A stretch of 64,000 nt of DNA. It comes from Eukaryota sp. GEM-RC1 (taxonomy: Eukaryota). The stretch spans positions 930,001 through 994,000 of the forward strand of contig JAUFOQ010000002.1 in NCBI GenBank assembly GCA_040285855.1, given 5' to 3'. Positions 10,839 through 24,230 of this stretch are shown here, in pieces (positions within the stretch are counted from its first letter, which is position 1; each line of letters starts with the position of its first letter). The notes under the pieces were generated by a model. It searched no databases. It was not told where the DNA came from and worked only from the letters and a program-made list of their open reading frames with translations. A program made the position numbers and the translations under genes.

Positions 10839-13800
10839 ATGCTATCCACAGCATCTGTCTTTGGTCTAGATGCTCACAGATACAATAACATCCACTTTCT
10901 AGATCCAGAACAAAATCTGATCCTTTATGCTGCTGGTAATGCTTGGCACATAAAGTCTCTTACTTCATCTTTACACAGAACATTTCCTGGTACTAACAGT
11001 GGTATTGGCTGTATCACTACCTCTCATAACCATGAGTACATTGCCATTGGTGAATCTGGACCTCATCCATGTATCTCCATCTACAACTACCCCTCATTAG
11101 AACTCACTAAAACCCTGCGCAACGGTACCACCAACTACTTCACCTCCCTAGCCTTCTCTCACTCTGACAAATACCTCGCTTCAGTAGGTGGAGAACCTGA
11201 CTACATGCTCACAGTTTGGGATTGGGTTGAAGAGAAGATCATCCTGCGTGCCAAGGCTTTCTCCCAAGAAGTCTACTCTGTTCAATTCTCCCCAACCTCA
11301 GACTCCCAATTGGTTACTTCGGGTACTGTTCACATTAAGTTCTGGACAATGGCTACTACTTTCACTGGACTTAAACTCGATGGGAAGCTGGGTCGTTTTG
11401 GAGCTGTGGAGCTTTCTGACATTGTTTCTTTTGTTCAATTTCAAGATGGGAAAGTGTTATCAGGGTCGGAAGCAGGTGAGCTCCTCTTATGGGAAGGTTC
11501 TTACGTTAAGGCAATCTTTAGAAGATCTGAGGAGAGTGCCTGTCATGATGGTCTAATTACAGGTCTCTTCATTGTTAGATCTGGAAACAAATGAGCCAGT
11601 TGTGATTGTTAGTTGTGGTCATGACGGTCGTATAGCCACGTGGGATTTTGAGCTGATTGATTCTGCGTTTCCGGAAGGTGATCAAGTGGTTTACATTGAA
11701 CCTGTGTCTGAACTCTATGCTAAAGATTGTCATTTCCACTCAATTATCGAGAGAATTCCAGGTAAAGAGTATTATGTTACAGACTCAGCTGGGTCAGTTG
11801 TCTGTTTTTATTTAAATTCTGATTATGAACTGTTTGATACTGATACAATCATGACGTTCTTCGGGGGTCAGATCAAGTCACTCACGACGGTTTCCTCATC
11901 CTATCTGATTGGATTGAGCTCTGATTGTCGTATTTGTCTTTTCGACTCTTCTGACGTCTCTCAACCCAAATTGATTGACCACCGCACGTTTCATTCAGGT
12001 GCCACGTGTCTTTTAGACCTTTCAACTCCAATTCTGACTCTCTTTCTAATCGCTGGAGCTACGGGTATCCTTCGGTTGATCTCTGTATCGTCCAATATCA
12101 GATCATCATCTCCTTCCAGTCCTCTTTCACTGACTTTGGTATCTGCTGTCAGACCTCACGCGACTACTATTACGTCAACTTGCTCGTCATTGTCGAATCT
12201 AACTGGGTCAATGGATGACGTAGTGATTGCGTCAGTATCAACTGATGGTCTGCTTTGGTTTTCTAATATTTTCTTGTCATCTCCAGCATTAAATTGCTTG
12301 TATTATGCTGATATTAAGGAGTTTATTGAAGTTAAACTTGAAGCCTCCCCTTCTTTATGTTGGTATGATAACGGTGTTTTGATTGCTCTGGGTCTATCTC
12401 AGTTAATGTACGTACCTTACATTGAAAGTCTTGCTAATTCTGGGGAGTATGACGTCACCAATCAAATCAAATCATTTGTACAGTTTTTCCCTCTTACTTT
12501 TGATACATCTTTCCATTTCGAACCTCCAGTCCAAAGAGAATTGATTAATAAGAAGAGATCATTGATTGCTAATCGCAAGGACGAAATTGAATCACTCAAA
12601 GAACGATTGTCTGAGGAAGGTTTCCTGAGTCTGAAATCACTTCAGAAATCGACAAACTCCCTGCCTTGACTTTTGAAGATCCTCACGTCACTAAAATTGA
12701 TACCTTCTCCGTGAGCTCTATGGTAGACTACAACAACTCTATCTGGGTCACTGGTCATGGAGATCTTATTGGTTGTTTGGCTCGCTATGACCTGCCGTTA
12801 ACTCCTGAAGCAACGCCGTCACTTGTTTTGTTTGCCAAGAAGCATGCTGTCATTACTCAAGAGTCAATTAAAGTCTTGGATGATCACGTGATGGCCACGT
12901 CAGCAGATGGATTTGTGCATTGCTGGAAGTTGAGCTCACCTTTTGATGATTTATGTCCTATTGGTCGTAACTACGTTTCAAGATCATCCTACGCATCCCA
13001 CGATCGATCAGTGATTGACCAATCAATGTCGTCATCACTTACTATTTCCGCTAACTCTAAAATGGCAGTCAGTGGAGGTCATGATGGTACCCTCGTCTTT
13101 TACACCACTTCCTTTGGTTTAGAAGCTGAGGGCTCATCCATAGTTCCTGGATCAGTTGCTATGGGGGGTAATGACTTAGAGGAAGACTGTCTGACGATTG
13201 AGGAAGCTTCCGAAGCTGAGGGTCAGAAGAAACGTGATTGGATTGCTAATCAGAAGAAGTCTGCAATGAGGACTAAGATCAACCAGTTGAGAATAGAGTT
13301 CAATCGGTTGCTTAAAAGAGATCAATCAAAACCTTTGGATTCTCGACTCAATCGGTCCGAATTCTACATTGATGATACGTTATTGCAATCAATCAGAAAT
13401 GATACCCTGGAAATTGAAAGAAAAACACGTTCCTCCTTTGATGACAAGGTTAGAAGGAGTCTGGCAATGATTAAGTTCATTTCAAAATACTTCCATAAGG
13501 AGCTTTCCAACCTTGAACTCACAGTGTATTCAACCAACTCTGAATCGTCTATTTCAACAATAGACGTCAACTTTTGTGTCTATGATATCAATAATTTGCG
13601 CTTTTTTGAAGAATCTGTGATGTCTACAGTTGATTTTGACTGTGACGCATCGTCTCCCCAATCAGAAGAACAATCACCCCAATCAAAACCACAGGAACTC
13701 ACCTATGATGAGACTTCCCTTTCCGACAGGTCTTCACACTCCTCTCCTGCCACTACTCACAAACGTTTACCAACATCTCTACATTCTTCTCCAATGGTCT

Positions 13801-15974
13801 CTTCCTTCACTGGTGACCATTCTACCCTGGAACGTCTCCAAGCAAGGAAACAACGAAAGGCGTCGCGGAAGGTAATGTGGGAGAAGTTTTACGCTAAACG
13901 GCCTGATTTCCCTGATGATATTTCAAATGACGCTGGATATTTTAAAAAGAAGAAATCTATTGGCACTTACATTCTTAAGGAGCACCCAGACTTTGTAGTT
14001 CCAGTCTCACAAAGAATTGACGCTAGATCTAAACAAATTGAGATTGGAATTGGTGTTCACACGCTTCTTGTGATTATTAAAAAATTTAATTTTAAAATAT
14101 TTGGACTCCGCGATGAGAAGATGGAATTAATTAAGGCTTGTAGGGAACGTAAAGAAGCTATATCGTCGTTAATTCAAAAGTTGTATGATTTACGACATTT
14201 GGATTTTGAGATTAGCCAATTTGATCTGCAAATACCGACAATGTTTAATTCTGAGCGACCGGAATTACTGTTTTTGATTGATGATCATCTTATCAATCTT
14301 TATAAAGCTCAGTTGGAAAAGGAAGCTTCCAAGAGCAATCAAGGGGGTGGATTCAGTGGAATTCAAAAAACTTCTGAAGAAGACGAGGAGGAAGTAAATA
14401 TTTTAGAATATTGTTCAAAAATTGAAAATGAAGATGTTTTGTTACCATCCCCTCCAACTATTTCCTCTCAAGTTGATCAAGAGCGATCTCAAATACACCC
14501 GTCTGAACTGTCAGTTTATCGATCATTTTTGATGGATAACAAGAAAAAGAAGATTTTGGATCAATTGCACATGATTATGTCGATAGATCAATCAGAAAGA
14601 GCTGCATTTGATCAAAAGTTACAAAATTTGAAATTTGACCGTGTTGAAAAACTTTATGTATTAGCTCAAATTCAACTTTCTTTACTAGTACTGTCTCAGG
14701 AATATTCTCTGGTCAAAAACTTTGAACAATCAGAACATCATTTAATGGGTCAAGTTCAAAAGAAATTAGATGAAAAGTCAGTAATAGAGGGTGGTCTAGA
14801 AAAGTTTAAACAAGATGCAGATGAAAAGAAACGTAGCTACGATAAGATTTCTCAAAAACTCAAAGGAATCTTCACTTCTTTTGATGAGTTAGTACCAGAA
14901 GGAGAAACTTATCGTGATGCCCTGCTCAAAATACTAAAACGTAGAGTCAAAATGAATCAAGATGAATCTGATGACGATTTTGATAACTTTGATGATGATG
15001 ACTTAGATCTTGATTTTGATTTTAACTCTGACCCTGACGCTTGCCCCACTGGATGTTCTGCCAGCACTCACCAGAAAGTTCTAGACCTCCGCACCCTTCG
15101 ATTAGAGATTCAAGAGGAGCTTGATCAATCAAAAGCCACAATGGATCAGGTAAACGTGTTCCTGAGTCAACAACAATCAAAAGAGAAGGTGATTGCAACG
15201 GGTTTAAAATCATTATACAAAGAAATCGACGACCTCCAGTCTTCGAAACAATCCAAAATCAACCAGCTTCGCACTTCCTTTGTTCTCCCTTCCTCTTCTA
15301 TTTCACCAGCCCTAGACCCCACTGACTTGCCTGCTGAGCCTCAAAACGTAGTCCTTGGTGAGAGAGATTTACCAGAGAAGTTAGTTAAACATCGTGAAGT
15401 TCACGAACTTGAAGCTAGTCAATTGAAAGGATCTCTTAAGACGTTGTCAAAGAATAGAAAACAATTGGTTGCTGATTACGTTGCCTCTGAAAAGGAATTA
15501 TCTTATACCAAAGACAAGCTCGAGTCGATCCAACTGCTTCAATACGGACGTTGTGTAGACCTTGACGACTTGGAAAAACATGGTGCTCAGTCAATGGAAG
15601 TCTCAGAAATTGCCAGTAAAATAGTTGAGCAAGAAGAAGATTACGGAAGTAAACTGGCGGCTGAAGATGATGAAGTTACCTGTGTTGAAACCTTGTTAAT
15701 GAAGTTGATGAGAGAAAATACCGCTAGATTGAAGAAACTTTCACAATTGGTGGCTGAACATCGGTCTCTGTTAAACGTTCTCAATGATCAGGACACCAAG
15801 GTAACCTCTAAAGCTCCGGTTTCTGAAGTAAAAGGAGGTAGGAATGATTTAGATAATGAAAAACGAAAGTTGGTGAGGGAAATTAAAAACGTCGACTCTG
15901 AAATTCAAACTCTAACATCAGAAATTGAACTGTTGAGAAGGAAAGATACGTTTGTTTATAATCCCATTACGTAA
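10839..15974 (+). CDS. CFAP44: Cilia- and flagella-associated protein 44 (WDR52); frameshifts near 11585 and 12622; true start may be upstream (ATG 10755)
   Basis: SVGGEPDYMLTVWDW...ILRAKAFSQEV, HIKFWTMATTFTGLKL.G.LGRFG; C-terminal coiled coils and CPTGC...KVLDLR motif. Confidence 0.88.
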
Positions 15975-16173
15975 TTTATTTAATTTTTCAACTTTCAATG
16001 TACTATAAAACACAAGCATATTAAATAACATCATTCAACAATAACATCAAAGAGATCTTTATTATTTCAGTTTATAATAGTCAGACTGTATTTCAGTTAT
16101 TACATTGTATGTGTGTATCAACATTCTATGGTGGATTTCCATTGTAACAATTTCACAAAACATTTTTGTTTCA

Positions 16174-18665
16174 ATGGATGGACTTGAATCTTTATTCGGT
16201 GGAGACAACGATGCTTGTGGATATAAGTCTGTACATAAACAACCTCGTCCACCTCTTCCGCCTCCACTCCGTCAACAACTTCCTTGTGGTTTAGAATCCT
16301 CTGGAGCCACATGTTACCTCAACTCACTGCTTCAAGTACTGTTTCATATAACCCCCTTTCGACACTCCCTCTATGCTCTTGAAAACATCTCAAATTCTAC
16401 TCAACGAAAAGTTATTCTGGTAAACGCCTTGCGAGAAGTCTTTTCCTTAATGAACTGCATCTCCAAAGTCTCTATCTTCCCTGAGTCTCTGTTCAACGCC
16501 TTCTCTTGGACTGAAGAGAGCCTGCGAGTCCAACATGATGCTCAAGAGTTTGCTCGGTTACTTTTTGACGCTCTTTCCCCTTCACCAGATCTTCCCCCTA
16601 ATTATCAACAAATCTTGACATCTATACAGTCATTGTTTCATGGACAGTTTCGGATAGAGATTTCTTGCAAAAATTGCGGTAGGAAGTCTTCCCGAAATGA
16701 GGATTTCCTAGATGTTTTGTTACCAATTGCAAACAAATCTAGTTTGACTCAATTGTTATTGAATCACTTTTCTGAGGAGTTTCTTGATGGATATCGGTGT
16801 GACATGTGTGGTCAAACAAATTCTTCACATAAGAGCATGAATTTTGACCAATTGCCTTCTGTTTTGAACATTGTTCTCAATCGTTTTACTTATGATTGGA
16901 CCGTTGATCAGAGGGTCAAGAATTCTTCGGAAGTCCTGTTGCTTGATGAGTTGACTGTTTTGGATAAACAATACAAGCTCTTTGGAGTTGTTACTCATGC
17001 TGGAGACGGCTATTCTGGTCATTACATGTCTAGAGTTTATTTACCAAATGATGAATATTTTAATTTTGATGATGCTAAAGTTTCGAAAATTTCTTCTAGT
17101 GATGAAAAATTTAAATTTCCGCCCAATCACACCCCGTATCTTCTCTTTTTTGTTGAGTTGTCACTTTGGGAAACCCTTACTTTACCTCAAGCTTATGACC
17201 AACTGCCATCAGATTTGGAATCAAATTTGATTGAGATTAATCGTGATCTCGAAGCTCAACGCAATGAGTTCAACAAATGTCTGGAAATCACAGTGTTTTC
17301 CGACCAAGATAACATTGGTAGAAAGATTTTTCCAAAGGTTACCGAACCTTTATCGGTGGTTCCTCTTTATTCAGAACTTACACTCGGAAGTAAACGGTTA
17401 TTTTTGATTGCCGAGCCAGAGCTTGACAAGGAGGTAGTTTTCTCTTTGATCAATGATTATACTGATCTAATTAGCTTAACTTTTGAATCTTTAGATTTTT
17501 TAGAAACTTTATTCTTTGTCATTGCGCCACCAAACTTTTGGAGTACTGAAGGTGAAGAGGAAGTACAAGTAGTGGAAGATATGGAACCCAGCCAGCCTCT
17601 AAACGACAAGACAAAATTTAATTTTTTGAAACACCAAGTATTGAAATTCCGGGTTTTTTTGAATTAAAACCTTTTTACAAGAAACTGCCGTGTAATCAAA
17701 TTATTCAATTAATTCGACAGGAATTCTCTATTTCTGACTCTTTGCCACTCAGAATTAGATGTTCTGATAATTGGGGCAAGGCTTCTCAATTTGTAGGACT
17801 TGATGAACTGTTGTCTCCATATGACTCTATTTATTGGGTTCAAAAAGCTGAAATTTTAAATAATTCGTTTGAATTTCATACTTCTTTTGTAACCAGCATT
17901 AACGTCAAGTCATTCTTTGACGTGTGTTCAAGAAATTGTTCTCCTGCGGGTCAAATTGAAAAATCCAAGAAATTTCAAGTCACAAATTACAGTGATTCTT
18001 TTAAATTTCCCTTTGATCTTGTGGTTTCTGGTCCCTTTACTTGTAATCCCGTGGTCGCAGTTGAAGTAGAAGATGGTATGTTGGTAAGAGAATTTTGTCA
18101 GAATATCCTTCCTCTAACAGGGTTAAATCCAGATGCTGAGGTATTCCTTCTCATTCGAAATAAGGACAACGATTTGATATCATCTTGTTCTGCCAAATCT
18201 TCATTGTTTTTAAAATTTTCAAAAATCACAAGTGGATGCCATGTTTCTTTTATAAGCGTCAATTCACTGTCACCACCTCCTTCAGTTAATATTCCCTTAA
18301 CACCGTTTATTGTCACTCCAATGGGGGAGAATATATGGGATAAAGCTGTATTCTTCTTTGTCTGCCAACATACAATGCTCTCTGACATTGTTGATAAGAT
18401 TTGTACTCTGTTTGATCAAAGTTTCGAAAATTTAAAAATTGTGGTTCAATCAAGAAAGAAGACTAGTTGGACGAATGTAGTTTTAACCAACAACCGAGTT
18501 TATCCGTTTAAGGCTGGACAATTGGTCTTATTTGGTGATGAATCTGATCCGCGATTCACAGATTTTGTAAATTTAAAGAAAAACACTAGGAGAAGTTCTG
18601 AAGTAAAACGCTCTAGAAGACGAGCTCCGAGCCCAGAAGTAGGTTTAGATTTAGGCATGTTTTAA
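16174..18665 (+). CDS. Ubiquitin-specific protease (peptidase C19); frameshift near 17625
   Basis: GLESSGATCYLNSLLQ Cys box, QHDAQEF, CxxC pairs, HAGDGYSGHY His box, FDD. The downstream ORF joins if one T is added in the T run. Confidence 0.9.
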
Positions 18666-18759
18666 ATGTTCTACGTACGGTAATTAATATTAAAACGACA
18701 TTAAAATATCAAAAACACATTTCATTTATGAAAAGAAACTATCAAAATAATATACAAAT

Positions 18760-21700
18760 CTAAGTTCGATCGTCGGGAAGTTCAATGGTGTGCATAGTTT
18801 GCTGCAAAGATACAAGAGGGTTCATAAGACGGTTTGTGCGGAATTGGAAACCCTTACTTGACTTGTCGAAATCACTTTCCTTCATCTTTCTCCTAAAGTG
18901 ATAACGCACTGTACTAATAAGTCCTAGTAACATGATAATAATCAAAAAATAGTGATGATTGTCGCCCATACAGAGATGGACGAATCAAATTGTTGCTCTG
19001 AAGAGGAATCAAATAAAAAGAAATAAGGAATATTGTTGGGCATAATTAGCCGAATAACGAGACCAAAAATAACGACAGACAGATGGCCAATGAGGTAAAG
19101 TAATTGCATCTTGTTTTGCCAAGGGAAATTCAATGACCAGGATTGTGAATGAAACGCAATATTTGCAAACATTATACATAGACCTACTGCTAACTGGAAG
19201 GCGGTTCCTCTAGAAATCAAAAACAACATTCCTGCGAATAAAATCGTAAATAACTCATCAACAATTTCAAAAACTGGAGAGCGAGTTTTAGATCCGGCAG
19301 TGATTGCATAGATCTGCTTCAATTCTAACTCAGATTGTTCAATGTTTGGATGCTGGTTGCTGTGTACAATGAATACCTTGGCCCAGAACACAATGTACAA
19401 TAGTGCATATAAAACAACAAAAGTGGCCATTGTCCACCAAGAAATAGTATAACACAAGATAGAGCTGTCGATATCCAAATAAGACTTAGTATCACCAAGG
19501 ATAGTAATGTCAGAGCAACTGAAGATGGGCAAGACGTTAGCAAAAACAACAGGGAAAAGGATTTGAGTGACAACGAGGCATGACTGTGCTGTTCGTTTCA
19601 GTCCATGGGGTCCTGCAGCAAATAGAACTTTACGAATGATGTAGAAAGCAAAGTAAAACATCCACGCAGCTGGAATCACAACCAAACTGCCAATCAACAC
19701 TGCTTGAAATGGCGAGAAAACGTCATCACCCATTCCTAAACTACAGTTTCTAAAGTAAGTCTTACCTGCATCAAAAGCAATGAACTTATTAAAGAACAAA
19801 AAGTACCGTAAAACTCGAGGGAATGGAAGTGCAAAAACAGTTAAAGAAGCACCCAGAACTTGGGTGTAACGGATGAGTTGCTTATAACTAGCCACCGATT
19901 GCATTCCAGTTGAAACATCAACATGGATAACAAACATGAGAAGAACGTACACTAGAGCAGTAGCAATTACCAAAACCCAAGGGAGAATAGCGGGAGGACA
20001 ACGATCGCACCAGGGTTCAATAAGGGTATGGTCGTCCTTACACCTTTCACATTTGATTCCAGTAGCTCCTGTATCACAGCCAAGACTAGTAGGTGATGGG
20101 TCATCGAGACCAGCTAAGACAAAGTGACAGCCACCCATACAATCTCCAAGGGTACATTTGTAAATGTTTTGGAGGTCGGAGTAGATACTTTCAGAAGGTG
20201 GTCTCCAAAAGCCTTCTGTAACACAGGTTTCGTTACCTCCAAAACAGAGGATTCCGTGAGGACAACGTTCACACATCATGTTTTGACCGTCAATGTATGG
20301 AACCATACCACCTTCACAAATGCAATCATCACGTTGTAGATTAGAAATCTGATGGACAGGGCAAGCTGCACACTCAACAGAAGCTGTAGTGTTGGCAAAA
20401 TGACGAGGCGGACAAGGTTGGCATTCAGTCATATTAGCAGATCTGTAAGTTCCAAGCGGACAATTAGAACAATGAGTGGACCTTCGAGAGTAACTCCAGG
20501 TCCCTGCAGGACAGTCTTGACAAGGCTCTTCAGATCCAACAGTAGCTGAATAGGTACCAGGAACACAGTCCTCGCATTGACCTGATACTAGACCTTGGCC
20601 AGCAGCACATGAATCAATGTAGACTTGAATAGGGATGGTAATCAAGTGAGAAGTGTGGGCTAGAAGGGTGTAGGTGTCAGGAGAACCGTACATTACGATT
20701 TCATCGAAATGAGCAATACCTTCAACGACTATTCTATGGAGAACACCTTTCAAAAGAGCTCACGACCATCACTATCATCAGGTTCGATTGTGACTCGATG
20801 GTCAGTTGGTAGGGAGTAAATGTTGTCAAAGAAATCTAGGATGGAGACTTGTAAAGCAACTGCTGGCTCTCCTTCTTCGCTTTCTCCATAGGTAAGGTTG
20901 TGTACGTTCATAATAGAGGGTGACGAAGCATAAGGACTTCCAAAGACTTCTGCAATGTTGACGTCTACAGGATCATAAAAGGTATCTGAGAACTCAGGCA
21001 CGATAGCCGATGCTCGAGTGTTGAGCTTATCGCTGTCAACAAACAATACAGATCCAGCAAGTGCTTTGTTGGCAGAAAAAGAGGAATTCGATACTTTTAC
21101 ATTCATTGTTGGGATGGGATTGGCATGACTGTCAAAAGAAGTCCAACGAAACTTTCCTTCTAAAAGAGAGGAATAGAAGATAGCACCACCTAGGGGAGCT
21201 GAGTTACCGTTGAAATCACATCCAAAAACGTCAACGTTTCCTGTTTTTGTAATGACAAGAGCTCCACCATTAGAGTCTTGAAGGAAATTATTTAAAAAGA
21301 ATGAATTTTCGACCAATATATTGTCGGACGATTCAATAAAGATTGAGGATGAATTTTGAACTAACAGCTGAGACATTTTGACATTAAAAGATCCAAAAAT
21401 CACAATAGGATACTTAGTAGACCTATCCATTCGAACATCAGTGAAATTGACAAACTTACAGTTATCTACAAACAATGCGGAACCTCCTTGGGCCTGGTTA
21501 TCAGCAAACAAAACATCAGAAACCCTGATATTGTTAACTTCAAAGAACCAGAAACCGCCGTTATAACCAGCCTCAGAGTGGAGGAACTGGGATTCAACAA
21601 CAGCGAACAGTACTGTAGCTTCGACATAGAAGGCAGCACCACCGTCCTTGGCATGACTGTAGGAAGAGTTGATGAGGGAGCCATAGAAAGGGGAGTCGTA

Positions 21701-22561
21701 TACATAGAAGAGACCACCATAGTCAGCGGAAGTGTTGTGAGCAGTGATGTGGTGAGCAAAAGCAGAGGACTTTTCGAAATAGAAAGCACCGCCATCACCT
21801 CCTTTGTTATCAATGAGTATCGCATGAGATTGAGAGACGTGAATAGTCTTGAGGTTGATGGTAGAGTGGATAGCGAAGATGGCACCTCCCCGGCGAGCAA
21901 TAGTTTGATGGAAGGAAGAAGACGACACATTGAGACTGGAATCGTGGACATTGATGACACCTCCAAGTAATCCAGAGCAATCGGTAAAGGATGAGGAGGA
22001 GATTGTAAGGGTTGAAGAACCCGTGGCAGAGATGGGGGCAATGAGGCGAGATGCGACGCGAGAAAGGTGAACATTGTGTAAATCAACGGAGCAGTCATCG
22101 TTAATCAGAAGAGCAGATCCTTGTTCTCCTTCGATGTCTTGGATGACAACATCATCTAAGGAAATGGCACTGCGGGTGATGGAGAAAACACCACTTGTAC
22201 AGCCTTGAAAAGTGAGTCCCGACACCGTTGTTGCAGAAGCCGTGTTAACAGAGAATGCGTGTTCTGGATATCCAGCACAATCAATGATAGTAGTAGCACT
22301 ACCAGAGCCGATGAAATTCACATCAACTCCTTGATAGGAAATGGGGTTTCGTTGTTCATCAATAACGTAGGTACCGGGAAGAATCCTTATCGAATCAATC
22401 TCCTCGTTATTAGAAACCAAACCAATAACTTTAGAGAAACTAAAGCAAGGCAGGCTTGATGACATGCATGAATTAGAATCATCACCATCGTGGGAAACAA
22501 AAACTTCTGAGCAACTAATAGATGCCAGAAACAGGGTAAATAGGGCCAGACGGAGGAACAT
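18760..22561 (-). CDS. Large surface protein: signal peptide, parallel beta-helix (GGA-repeat) region, Cys-rich ephrin-receptor-like repeats, multi-TM C-terminus; frameshifts near 20752 and 18947
   Basis: Repeated GGAI/GGAF/NxA motifs; CPAGTWS and CPLGTY repeats; at least 7 hydrophobic segments and a YLDIDSSILCY motif. Confidence 0.75.
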
Positions 22562-23075
22562 GACCGCTACGACAGGTTGAGAAGTTCAATCAAAAAATAT
22601 ACGTCCTTCAGAAGGACTCCTTCCTCCTTGTCTTCTAGAACCAATTCAGATGTAATTGTTTTCTTAGCTGATACCAGGTGCACATTGTTGTAGATGATAT
22701 TTAAGTGAGATATTCTTCTGCTTTGATTTGTATACATATATTTTTTAGGTTAATACACCCATAATAGGGTAACTTCACGGAGATACACTTCAATAACTGT
22801 GTATTAAACGTAGTGTGATGAGTATCACTGCCAAATACCGATGACGTCAGTGTTTATAGAACAAGAATTCAAATCCGGAACTCCACTTAACTGATATAAC
22901 AGATAATACTCGAAATCAAAATAAGGCGTTCAACGATTTCAAACAAAAACCATTCTTACAAGTGGTTACTCCAATTAAATCGTCAGCTTCTAAGATGTGA
23001 TATATTGGTCAACATGAACCAGATGAAATACAGAACCACATTTCAACAACTAGTAGAACTATTTTACAACTTCAA

Positions 23076-23551
23076 ATGGACTCCTTCACCAAAAACCAAC
23101 TGACTGAATTCTCTGAGGCTTTTGCTCTTTTTGATAAAGATAAATCTGGCAGACTTAGAGCCGAAGATGTGACGGTAGTCATGCGTTCCCTCGGCGCCAA
23201 TGTAACTGATGCCGAAGTTCTGGAAATGTGTAAAGAACGGGACCCCGAAAACCTTACAGTAACCTTCAATGACTTAATCTCTATGCTCCAAAATGCCCAA
23301 TCTGTGGCGAACTTTGACGACGAGATTATTAAGGCTTTTAATGCACTGGACAAGGACAATTCTGGTTACGTGCCAGCTGTAGAGATCCGAACCATCCTCA
23401 CCTCAGTTGGTGAAAAGCTGACCCATGAAGAGATTGATGAACTGTTTGCTTTTTCAGATGTTGACGTATGTATCTTCTTCTATAATAATCCAAGGACGAA
23501 ACGTTGGTGTCATTCGAGCTGTTCCGTAGAATGGTATCCTTTTCAATCTAA
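23076..23551 (+). CDS. Calmodulin-like EF-hand protein, 148 aa; exon 1 23076-23465, exon 2 23495-23551
   Basis: EFSEAFALFDKDKSG, AFNALDKDNSG, GEKLT.EEIDE. Splicing gives DVD|DETLVSFELFRRMVSFSI*, a calmodulin-length product. Confidence 0.9.
23466..23494 (+). other. 29-nt spliceosomal intron
   Basis: GTATGT...ATAATCCAAG, phase 0; removal restores the EF4-like C-terminus. Confidence 0.88.
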
Positions 23552-23916
23552 TCTTTTGTATTCTATAAATAACACAGTCAATATTGGGTTTTGTTTCTAT
23601 GTTCTTTCAGTAGTCCGAATTAATAAATGTTTATGTCTGTCTGTGTGGAGTAAAACTGCAGATTCTGGCAAGAAAATGGTTTGGTCAGAAAATGATTCTG
23701 GTTTAAAGTCACGACACAGTTTCATAAAGTATACTTCCAGTTTGCATGAAGACAGAATGTAATGCTAATCACTTTTGAACAATATTTCAATGTTGAGGAT
23801 TCCTAATAGAATTTATTATTAAAAACTGACTTTTGTTTATTGAACAAAGAGCACTGGAGACTGAAATACTGTAATTCACAATCAAAAACTGGAGTTAGAT
23901 CTCAAAAGAAGTGTGA

Positions 23917-24009
23917 TATCAGATAAACGGAAATTCACATTGGCGCGGCAAAGCAAACCTCAAATGTCCCTACCTACAAAAGAAAAGACATCCGGTTGTC
24001 ATCATGATA
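23917..24009 (-). ncRNA. Box C/D snoRNA, SNORD74/snR64-type guide, copy 1
   Basis: Box C ATGATGA (24005-23999); guide GTAGGTAGGGACA then T and D' TTGA; C'-like ATGTGA; box D CTGA (23922-23919). The guide is complementary to the conserved LSU rRNA sequence TGTCCCTACCTAC. Confidence 0.85.
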
Positions 24010-24136
24010 AAGTGGAAACAATAACATACTGATGGAAAATTCATAGGGGATAGAAAAGAAAGTGAGAACAAAGTTTTGTTCCTTGAAAACTCCATACAGA
24101 ATCACAAACTGGAGTTAGATCTCAAAAGAAGAGTGA

Positions 24137-24230
24137 TATCAGACAAACGGAAATTCACATTGGCGCGGCAAAGCAAACCTCAAATGTCCCTACCTACAAA
24201 AGAAAAAGACATCCGGTTGTCATCATGATA
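24137..24230 (-). ncRNA. Box C/D snoRNA, SNORD74/snR64-type guide, copy 2
   Basis: Near-identical to copy 1: box C 24226-24220, box D 24142-24139. Confidence 0.85.

Noticed and set aside
21466..22098. Overlapping 210-aa and 160-aa ORFs
   Set aside because: Alternative-frame and antisense shadows of the beta-helix gene, with no recognisable domain.
23466..23762. C-terminal extension making a 228-aa calmodulin-like protein
   Set aside because: Artefact of reading through the 29-nt intron; the spliced product is 148 aa.
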